NCBI GenBank assembly: GCA_951406725.2
Contig: OX597820.1
Location: forward strand, 31,434,001-31,498,000
Source: Octopus vulgaris
Lineage: Eukaryota
Direction: 5' to 3'
DNA length: 64,000 nucleotides
The translations under genes were made by a program, and so were the position numbers. Numbering within the stretch: the stretch's first letter is position 1; each line of letters starts with the position of its first letter. The notes beneath the pieces were generated by a model. It worked only from the letters and a program-made list of their open reading frames with translations, did not search any database and had not been told where the DNA came from. Of the stretch, positions 53,367 through 64,000 are shown in pieces.

Positions 53367-54562
53367 CATCTTTCTTTCCTTCCCTGAATGTCTGCTAAAA
53401 CTTTACATGTACCAAATCCTCACGTTGTTTTTTGCATTTGTTCTTTGTTTTTTGGGGTTTTTTTGGCATTTACTATATATATAATGAGAGCAATCCATTG
53501 GTAATAACAACAAGGGTCTCAGCTGATACAATCAACGGAACAGCTTGCTTGTGAAATTAATCTCAGGGAGGACACAGAGTGTGATAAGGCTGGCCTTTGA
53601 AATACAGGTGGTACACATTTTAACCAGCTGAGTGGACTGGAGCAACGTGAAATAAAGTGTCTTGCTCAAAGACACAATGCATCACCAGAAATTGAACTCA
53701 CAACCTTACAATCGTGAGCCGAATGCCCTAACCACCAAGCCACACACCTTCATATATATAATCATAATCAACATTTAACATCTGTTCTTCATGCTGTCAT
53801 GGGTTAGATGGTTTGACAGAAACTGACCTGCTGGAGTGCTGCCTGGGCTCCAACTGTCTGTTTTGGCCATGATTTCTACACCTGGATGCCCTTCCTAACA
53901 CCAACTATCTTACAGAGTATGCTGGGTGCTTTTATGCAGCACTAGCATGAGCACTTCTATATAGCACTAGCACAGGTGTTTTTACATGGCTCCAGCACCC
54001 ACAAGCCCACAAAAACTAGGACCTCTCAGCTGAGAGAGGGATGTAGAGGATACACCTGTATGTATGGATGGCAACGATTTTATTTAACATTTATATACTT
54101 GAGGAGACCTATTGAGTCAAGTACATCAACATCAAAATAAATATCAAATGGAAATTGTAGTTGTAATACCTGTGCTGGTGGCATATAAAAAGTACCATCT
54201 GAACATAGCCGATGCCAGCGCTGCCTAGACTGGCTTCTGTGCCGGTGGCACGTAAAATGCACCAACCGATCGTGGCCGTTGCCAGTCTCGTCTGGCACCT
54301 GTGCCGGTGGCATGCAAAAAGCACCCACTACACTCATGGAGTAGTTGGCGTTAGGAAGGGCATCCAGCTGTAGAAACACTGCCAGATCAAACTGGAGCCT
54401 GGTGCAGCCATCTGATGGCTGCACCAGGCTCCAATCTGATCTGGCAGAGTTTCTACAGCTTGATGCCCTTCCTAACGCCAACCACTCCGAGAGTGTAGTG
54501 GGTGCTTTTACGTGCCACTGGCACGAGGGCCAGTCAGGCAGTACTGGCAACGGCCTTGCTTG

Positions 54563-54628
<66 letters not shown>

Positions 54629-54967
54629 GTTCATTTATCCATGTGTGTGTGTCTGTATTTATCCTCCACCTTCACTTGACAACTGGTGCTGGTGGCATAT
54701 AACTTAGCAGTTCTGCAAAAGAGATCAATAAAATAAGTACCAGGCTTAAAATCAATAAGTACTGGGGTTGATTCATTTGACAGACAATTCTTCAAGCAGT
54801 GCCCCACTGTGGCACAGTGTAATGATAGAAACAAGTAAAATATATTTATATACATATGTATATATATCCATATATATAAATATATATATATATGTGGTTT
54901 GATGTTTGCAAATTTTTTATGTGTGTAATTTTGGTGTGAATCCCAACTAAGTAGCAAACCTAAGCAC

Positions 54968-55355
54968 GAAACCATTAATCATTAATTAATGAAGTTAACA
55001 TTTCCATTAACAATTTAACTTTTAAGTTAATTTTGGAAATCATTACCGGACTAATCAACAACCGTTACATTTAACTTCCGTTAACTCAAGTCAACTTGAA
55101 CTAGCTTCTGTTAACTTCAATTCATTTGAAGTTAACAGATTTTATAGTTTTGGTACTTTTTAAAGGTGTTTCAAGGTGGTTTTAGAGCAAAGAATGATTT
55201 TTTTTCTATAATAAAAGTTAATGTTAACAGTCTACCGATAACTTCCATTACATTTTTTAAAGAATTAACTAATTAACATTTATGGAAGTTAACTTTTTGG
55301 TTAATGGATTAGCAGTTAATGAAGTTAATTTTTTGATTAATGGTGCCCACCTTTG
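54968..55355. mobile_element. hAT-like MITE with GTTAAC-rich subterminal repeats
   Basis: Flanked by ctaagcac / ctaagcag (7/8 TSD). accattaatca at the left matches the reverse complement of the right end tgattaatggtgcccacctttg. Many gttaac/aagttaa motifs. Confidence 0.6.
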
Positions 55356-55733
55356 CTAAGCAGACCTATCATCAAAGACATTCTGGATGTGAACACCTAG
55401 CATTGTTTTTCTTTCAGACATTGTACATCTTAGACTACGTTATCCAATGTGAAATTCCACTGGGTTTTATTTCCTACTAAAACTGTAGAGATTGACTAGG
55501 GACAAATCTGGGAGCTCATTCTAACAGGTTGAGCAGAAAACCCATTGTAAATATTAGCTATGCACACACACATGCGAGCACACACACACACAAATGTGTG
55601 TGTGTCTATGTATATATTACGTTTCTATGTATATGAATGTTTATACATACGTGTGTGTGTGTGCGTATTAACATATAAATATACATATCCATCTATATAT
55701 GTATTTACACACACATACACAAATACACACACC

Positions 55734-55780
<47 letters not shown>

Positions 55781-55974
55781 GCCAGTGGCACGTAAAAAGC
55801 ACCCACTACACTCACGGAGTGGTTGGCGTTATGAAGGGCATCCAGCCGTAGAAACATTGCCAGATCAGACTGGGCCTGGTGCAGCCTTCTGGCTTCCCAG
55901 ACCCCAGTTGAACCGTCCAACCCATGCTAGCATGGAAAGTGGACGCTAAATGATGATGATGATGATGATGATGA

Positions 55975-56027
<53 letters not shown>

Positions 56028-56212
56028 ATGTATGTATATCAGTCACCTAAAATAACCATGCAATATGCTGCAAAGTATTGACCAGTTCTGCAGAATCAGC
56101 ATCTTACTTTTGTGTCAAGCATAAATCACTCTCCTCTGGCAACAGTACAGCACTGTTTCCTATTGATTATCATAAATCAGAAATAGTGTTGTATTGTGTA
56201 CTCATACACACA

Positions 56213-56334
<122 letters not shown>

Positions 56335-56335
56335 C

Positions 56336-59300
56336 ATCATCATCATCATCATCATCATTTAGCGTCCGTTTTCCATGCTAGCATGGGTTGGACGGTTCTG
56401 CTGGGGTCTGTGAAGCCAGAAGGCTTCATCAGGCCCAGTCAAATCTGGCAGTGTTTCTACGGCTGGATGCCCTTCCTAACGCCAACCACTCCGTGAGTGT
56501 AGTGGGTGCTTTTTACGTGCCACCCGCACTGGTGCCAGCCAGAGCTGGCAAACGGCCACGAACGGATGGTGTTTTTTATGTGCCACCGGCACGAGGGCCA
56601 GGCGAGGCTGGCAACGAACACGAAACGGGGCGGTGCTGGCAACGGTCGCGAAACGGAAGGTTCTCTTACATGCCACCGGCACTGGTAACACATCTGCAAT
56701 TTCCATTGATCGATTTCCATTGATCGATTTCGATTCTGATCCTCACTTGCCTCAATGGGTCTTCACAAGCAGAGTTTCGACATGCCACCGGCACTGGTAG
56801 CACATCCGCAATTTCCATTGATCGATTTCGATTCTGATCCTCACTTGCCTCAACACGTCTTCACAAGTAGAGTTTTGTGTCCCAAGAAGGGAAGGTATGC
56901 ATACGTAGGCTGGCTCCATCCCATGTAGAAGGCCACGGGTTGTGGACTCACTTGTCCTGCCGGGTCTTCTCGCGCACAGCACACTTCCAGAGGTCTCGGT
57001 CTCTAGTCATTTCCTCGGTGAGACCTAAAGTTCGAAGGTCGTGCTTCACCACCTCGTCCCAGGTTTTCCTGGGTCTGCCTCTTCCACAGGTTCCCTCAAC
57101 CGCTAGGGTGTGGCACTTTTTCACACAACTATCTTCATCCATTCTCGCCACATGACCATACCAGCGCAAACGTCTCTCTTGCACACCACAACTGACGCTT
57201 CTTAGGTCCAGCTTTTCTCTCAAGGTACTTACACTCTGCCGAGTGTGAGTACTGGCATTACACATCCATCGGAGCATACTGGCTTCATTTCTAGCGAGCT
57301 TACGCATATCCTCAGCAGTCACGGCCCATGTTTCACTGCCATGTAGCATGGCTGTTCGTACACACGCATCATACAGTCTGCCTTTCACTCTGTGCGAGAG
57401 GCCTTTTGTCACCAGCAGAGGTAAGAGCTCTCTGAACTTTGCCCAAGCTATTCTTACTCTAGCAGTTACACTTTCAGCACACCCGCCCCCGCTGCTGACT
57501 TGGTCACCTAGGTAACGGAAACTATCAACTATTTCTAGTTTTTCTCCCTGGAAAGTGACAGAAGTTGGTCTCAGAGCATTTTCAGTGTTTATTGTTCCTG
57601 AGCATCTGCCACATACAAAAACCATCTTCCTAGTTAGCCTTCCTTTGACATTGCTGCATCTCTTATGTGTCCATAGCTTACACTTGGTGCATCTTATAGA
57701 GTTTCTACCTACACCTTTTCTACAGATCGAGCAGGGCCATCTACCTGAAGGTGTTTGTGATTTGTCTACCTTCCTACTGATTACGACTTTGGTTTTAGCT
57801 AGATTGACTCTGAGGCCCTTCGATTCTAATCCTTGTTTCCACACCTGAAACTTCTCCTCCAGTTCTGATAGCGACTCAGCAATTAGAGCAAGGTCATCAG
57901 CATAGAGGAGCTCCCAAGGGCATCCTGTCTTGAATTCCTCCGTTATTGCCTGGAGGACTATGATAAATAGGAGGGGGCTGAGTACTGAGCCTTGGTGGAC
58001 CCCTACCTCTACCCGGAATTCTTCACTGTACTCATTTCCAACCCTCACCCTACTAGCGGCGTCCCTATACATGGCCCGCACAGCTCTCACTAACCATTCA
58101 TCTATCCCTAGTTTTCTCATTGCCCACCAGATAAGGGATCGGGGGACCCTGTCGAAGGCTTTCTCCATGTCAACAAAAGCCAGGTACAGGGGCTTATCTT
58201 TGGCTAGGTATTTCTCCTGCAGCTGCCTTACCAGGAATATAGCATCAGTAGTACTTTTCCCTGGCACAAACCCAAACTGCATCTCATCTAAACTAACTCT
58301 CTCTCTAATTAGTTGGGCTATGACCCTCTCCGTAACCTTCATCACCTGGTCCAACAGCTTGATACCTCTGTAGTTGTTTGTATCTAGGGCATCACCTTTA
58401 CCTTTGTAGCAGTTGACTATTATACTGCTACACCAGTCATTGGGTATGACCCCTTTGTGTATCACCTGATTAACTATATGGGTGACTAGGCTATAGCCGA
58501 CACTACCAGACATTTTGAGCATCTCTGCAGTGATTCCTGATGGGCCTGGGGCTTTCCCTGTCTTCATGCTTCTAATTGCCTTAGCTACCACAGAACTATC
58601 AACTCGGATAGCTGGTCCCTCTGTTGGGTCAACATTCGGCCGACTCTCTTTATCCCATTCATTTTCTTCATTCAGCAACCTTTCATAGTGGCATCTCCAA
58701 ACCTCTCTCTTTGCATCCTCATTTAGCGCAAGTGAACCATCTTCCATGCGAACACACTTCTCTCCTACCACATCACGATTCTCTCTCACGCACTGTCTTG
58801 CAACACGAAACACCTCCAGTCTTTGGTCCTCACGGCGCAGAACATTGGCAAATTTTTTCTTATCTGCTTCCCCTCTGGCTAAATAAACCTGTCTCCTAGC
58901 TTCTCTTTTGGCAATCTGATACAATTCCCTGCTACCCCCATTTTTCCAGACCTTCCAAGCCTGTCTCTTTTCTCTAATAGCCCTGTCTACAATATTGTTC
59001 CACCACCACGTTATTCTAGGTCGAGAGGGGACTTTGCACCAGCCACAGATCTGGTCAGTGGCTCTCAGCAGGTTGTCCCTTAGAAACGTCCAGCTGTCTT
59101 CTACCCCCTGTGATGCTCTATCCCCTTCTACTTCGTCAGAGGCTTCAAGTAATATGTCCCTAAATCTCTGTCCATTTGCAGGATCTTTAAGCTTCCAGAT
59201 CCTTCTTCTCCATATTTGTCGTCTTCTGGTTGTCCTCCTAGTCCTGATCCTAAAGTCACTAACTACCAGTCTATGTTGTGGGGTACATTCTTCACCTGGG

Positions 59301-59367
59301 AAGGTTTTGGCATTTATAAGCAGCCATCTCTCCCTTTGCCTTGTAAGGATGTAGTCAATTTGGCTGG
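56336..59367 (-). mobile_element. 5'-truncated RTE-clade LINE with 3'UTR and (GAT)n tail
   Basis: ORF ends at 56948. The 3'UTR 56336-56947 ends in (cat)n on the plus strand and contains an internal ~100-bp tandem duplication (about 56669-56770 and 56781-56875). (TA)n tracts on both flanks. Confidence 0.92.
56948..59367 (-). CDS. RTE ORF (end of APE, RT, PHD finger, thumb), open over 2.4 kb but 5'-truncated
   Basis: SQIDYIL and QHRLVV (APE end), [68 protein letters not shown]. The N-terminal ~118 aa of the track ORF are translated microsatellite. Confidence 0.9.
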
Positions 59368-59730
<363 letters not shown>

Positions 59731-60800
59731 TTGGAGTGTGGTTACATGACTTCCTGAAAGATAGGAATCAGGCAGTAGTGGTTAATGGAGCCACCTCTAT
59801 GAAAACACAAATAGTGAGCGGTGTTCCACAGGGCACTGTCTTGGGACCACTGCTTTTTATAGTGGCCCTCTCAGATATGCCTTCAAGTGTCTGGATAGCC
59901 ACCCTTGCAAGTTATGCAGACAATACGAAAGTCTCACAGAAAATACAGAACCCCAGTTCTGCAGCATCCAAAACTGAATACGAAACTTACAGAGTACACT
60001 GGTCCACAGGGAATTTCAATCCCAGAGCCTAATTCAGTGAGGGACCTGGGTATTGACATTAGTGATGATACCTCTTTCCAAGTGCACATTGCCAGGATGG
60101 TGACAAAGTGCAGACGACTGGCTGAATGGGTCCTGAGAACATTCAGAACCAGAGATAAGGAAACCATGATGGTCCTCTGGAGGACATTTGTCCTCAGCCG
60201 CCTGGATTACTGCTCACAGCTATGGTCACCCACCTGTGTGAAATTAACAGCAGGCCTTGAAGCAATCCAGAGAAGATTCACAAAGAATATTGTCTCTTTG
60301 CAACTGCTCAGCTACTGGGAAAGGCTGAAGCAGCTAAGACTCTACTCCTTGGAGAGAAGGCAGGAGAGGTATGCAGTAATATACATCTGGAAGGTCCTGG
60401 AAGGAATTGTGCCAAATTTTGGCACTGAAAGCTACACAAATATCAGAACAGGACAAAACTGTATGGTGCCAAAGATCCCAGCAATGCACTTCAGGACCAG
60501 TTACAGTAACAGCCTGGGTTTCAGGGGCCCATAGCATTTTAATATTCTCCCAAAGAGCCTGAGGAACCTGCACAAAGTAGATGTAGGCGTTTTTAAATCA
60601 AAGCTGGACCTCTTCCTGTCGAGAGTCCTAGATGAACCTACCTCATGGCAAGAGGTGCAAATGAGGGTAGCTACATCAAACTCCATTCTTCACCAAGTAC
60701 CACATATTGGAGGAGGCCCTCAGTAATATCAGTGTAGCAAAACGGCAGTGCATCAGCATGGCCGCAGCTCTGAGCTGAAACTACAGAACAGAAAAGAAAA
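59731..60800 (+). mobile_element. CR1-group LINE 3' fragment (RT C-terminal half, decayed)
   Basis: [84 protein letters not shown]. Frameshift/deletion present. 3' tail cagcatggccgcagctctgagctgaaac. Confidence 0.9.
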
Positions 60801-61470
60801 TATATACCCACCAGTGGTCCAAGACAGTGCCCTGTGGAACATCGCTCACTTAAAATGGCAACCATGTAGCAATTCAACAATGATATCATTGTTGAATTGC
60901 TACATGGTCACCATTTTATATTTTTAATTTTGTGCATGCACATTGTTTGTTTTTGATTTTGTCAATACACAGTATGGTAGGGTCAGTTGGGCAACATCTG
61001 TGAGAAAAATAGTACCATGACGCAATCCACTCTGCCAGAAATTTGGAAACGACATGCTATACTGCTTGGCATTTGTGTCAGGATTTTTAGTCATTAAAAC
61101 TGACTCCAGTGTGTATTTTTTTAAACCCTAGTACTTATTGTATCAGTTTCTTTTGCCAAACCACTAAGTTATAGGGCCAGAAACACACCAACACAAGTTG
61201 TCAAGTGGTGATGGGTGACAAAGACACACACATGCACATACACACAAATAGATATACAGCAGGCTTCTTTCATTTCCAGTCTACCAAATACACTTGCAGG
61301 TTTTGGTCGACCTGAGGCTACAGTAGAAACACTTGCCCAAGGTGCTATGCAGTGGAACTGAACTCAGATCCATGCGGCTGGAAAGCAAACTTCTTACCCC
61401 ACAACTATGCTTGCATTGGTATATGTATGTATATATGTACACACATGTATATATGTACACACATATATAA

Positions 61471-61701
61471 GGCGGCGAGCTGGCAGAAACGTTAGCATGC
61501 TGGGCGAAATGCGTAGCCGTATTTCGTCTGCCATTACGTTCTGAGTTCAAATTCCGTCGAGGTCGACTTTGCCTTTCATCCTTTCGGGGTCGATAAATTA
61601 AGTACCAGTTACACACTGGGATCGATGTAATCGACTTAATCCGTTTGTCTGTCCTTGTTTGTCCCCTCTGTGTTTAGCCCCTTGTGGGTAGTAAAGAAAT
61701 A
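61471..61701 (+). mobile_element. SINE family B2 (ggcggcgagctggcagaa head, gcctttcatcctttcggggtcgat core, Tx1-like tail); representative copy
   Basis: Near-identical copies at 14350-14580 (-, 14-bp TSD agcaggataaccta), 36759-36990 (+), 44338-44723 (+, 13-bp TSD ggtcagtatatct), 43501-43715 (-) and 49811-50033 (-). Confidence 0.85.
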
Positions 61702-61749
61702 TATATGTACACACACACACAAACACACACACACACACATATGGTCAAA

Positions 61750-63450
61750 CAGACTCCAACGAGGCTGGTGCTGATCTGTTGGTAAGACTTATAACATGTA
61801 GAATTGACAAGAGAGGACAGTACAGTTGTTGTGAGGACCAGAAAATTCAATATTTCAGACAGTGTTCTTCTTCAGGGAAAAGTTGAAAGGAGAGAAATTA
61901 ATGAAAGAAAGCAGAGTTGTACATCTTCTAAGTTAGAACAAAACTGGCTGTAACTAATAAGCAACACAGGACCAAAATAGCTCCGTACATGAATAAGAAG
62001 TGGTAGGAGTGACTGTGTGAGAAGGAAGAGAGTAAGAACAATGGAATGAGGAGAAGCAAGTAAAGTCAAGTGTGAGATGAAGGGAAAAGATGCGGTGAGA
62101 GGGAAGTTGATGGACAGGAAAGGGTTGGATGAACTAAGAGGAAGAGTAAGAGTAGAAGGAAAAACATTCATTTAAACCTGACAGTAACATGGTGCCTAGT
62201 TCAAATATGAAATGGTCCTTCCATTTTTTTGAACATGGATCCATGATGTGCAGCATTGCCACACATAGAGTGAGTGGGTGACAGAATGACTTGTGTAGAA
62301 GAGGCTGGTGACAGGTTGGTCTGGCATATATTGTAGTAAGTTTCAAAAATATTCCTCTAAGTGATCAGCAAGGCATCGACTTGTTCCCCCAATGTAAAAG
62401 ATGCCACAAAGTTTGTATATGATGTAATATATAAGGTTAGATGATGTGCAGCAGAAGTTTTCAGTAATAAGATATTGTGGGCTGGTGGGCACAGGTGTCT
62501 CTTGTCCCTGAGAAGAACTGTGAAACCATTAAAGATAGCTGAGACTTTCTTTTAAAGATTGTAATCTGAAGGATATTATAAGCTCATACTTTTCCATATA
62601 CATACACACACTCACACACATACATGCGTTAACACAAAATATACATACATATATATGTATATATCATTCAGCTGTAAAAGAAAAACATGCCAAAATTGAC
62701 CTCACCAGTGCTGATGCCATTTAAAAAGCACAGTCTATTCTGTGGAGTGGTTGGTGTTACGAAGGGCATCCAACGATAAAAACCATACCAAAACAGACAC
62801 AGAAGTATGGTGCAGTCTTCTGCCCGGGCAGCTCCTGTCAAACTGTCCAACCCATGCCAGCATGGAAAGCGGATGTTAAATGATGATAATGAAGCATCTT
62901 AGGCTCATTGATAGTATTAGAATTGTTAATGTAGGGGTAAGGTTGCATCACTGGCAAGCGCATTTAAAAGTGCCTAGTTGTGTGGGGCTGGGAGTTGTGG
63001 AGCTTCTTACTAGATTTCCAGATTTCTTATCTTTTTTAAAGACAAGGAGAAAAGGTGGTACAGGAACGGTAGGATGGTGGTAGGGGTCAGAAAGTACAAT
63101 ATGGAAGTTGCAGCTGAGTTTATCTTTCAATAGGAGCACAGACAGTTGAAAGGTGAGCGAGAGTGCAATATGGTCTGTGGACATGCGTAAAAAGGTTGGA
63201 GAGCTCTGGTATGGTCAATGGCCTAGGCCTAGCATAGTCCACAACTGCAGAGCTGGTGAAGACGAGGGAATTGAGAGGAATGAGATTTAGTGTGTCTAGG
63301 GTGAGAAGAACAGAGGAGACAATAGATTTGTAGTGCACAGAGGTAGTGGGATATTGTTTATGGAGATATTAGAGGAAACTAACAGAAGTATTGGATGTAG
63401 TGAAGATAAATTCCAAGGTAAGGTGAAAGATGTTAAGGAAATAGATAAAA
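61750..63450 (-). pseudogene. Penelope-like element remnant, Neptune-type (RT thumb, Zn linker, GIY-YIG, 3' pLTR), interrupted by an RTE 3'UTR
   Basis: HYK.., PPFLLVFKKDK..NLVRS..GTFKC linker, FCCTSSNLIYYI..CGIFYIGGTSRCLADHL, FIFELGTMLLSGLN. A degenerate hammerhead core lies downstream at 61845-61880. Confidence 0.8.
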
Positions 63451-64000
63451 TGACTGATATATGTATGTATATGAATGTGTGTGTGTATATTTATATATAT
63501 ATATATATATGCTTCCTGAGATTCGCCAACACTACACCTGATCTTCTCCCCTCCATACACACGCAAGCATGTATCTGACTCATATACTGTTTGCTTTCCA
63601 GACATTTGTACATTACTGCATATACTTTATACGCACTTTTGACAAGTTGTGGTGCACCTGAGCACTGTATACAATAATTTCATTATTATTATTATATATA
63701 TATATATATAAGAAAAACGTAAGGGAGATAATCAACATTACACTATTTTGATGTCAAGTAGACATAAACAAGATGTGAATGGTTCACTAAGTGCCTGATG
63801 GTCTATTTCTAAATTCTGACGAGATGTATTTCTTGAAATACAGAAAATATTTCATTGCTGGAATTTCTGTATTTGCTGGAAGTTCTGAAGTTCTTTAAGA
63901 TATATAGTTCTTCAAAAGGACATATGTAGTTCTCAGGGAGATTCAGCATGGCACAAGCTGGCCCATTGCTCAACAAGTAGTGGACTCTTTTGCTGTAAAT

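Overview
This is AT-rich, microsatellite-saturated eukaryotic DNA with no recognisable host gene. The repeat landscape suggests a coleoid cephalopod (Octopus) intron or intergenic region; that is inference, not a search result. Autonomous-type elements: a full-length Tx1/L1-clade LINE (7743-13535, minus) with intact ORF2 and one in-frame stop in ORF1, embedded in (AAT)n; a young 5'-truncated RTE LINE whose RT carries an inserted C4HC3 PHD finger, plus many 3'-UTR-only copies; CR1-group LINE fragments; a full-length decayed mariner; and two Penelope-like (PLE) remnants. Non-autonomous elements: Helitrons, hAT/piggyBac/Tigger MITEs and three tRNA-headed SINE families. The ORF track misses the most interesting signal: about a dozen type-I hammerhead-ribozyme motifs from several distinct families. 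They sit in short non-coding elements nested in (TA)n tracts, often as fold-back dimers; one looks intact (35133-35190) and several carry core variants (U3:A8, C4). Two LINE-SINE partnerships are also visible as shared 3' tails (Tx1 with SINE-B, CR1 with SINE-A). All motif calls and alignments were made by eye.
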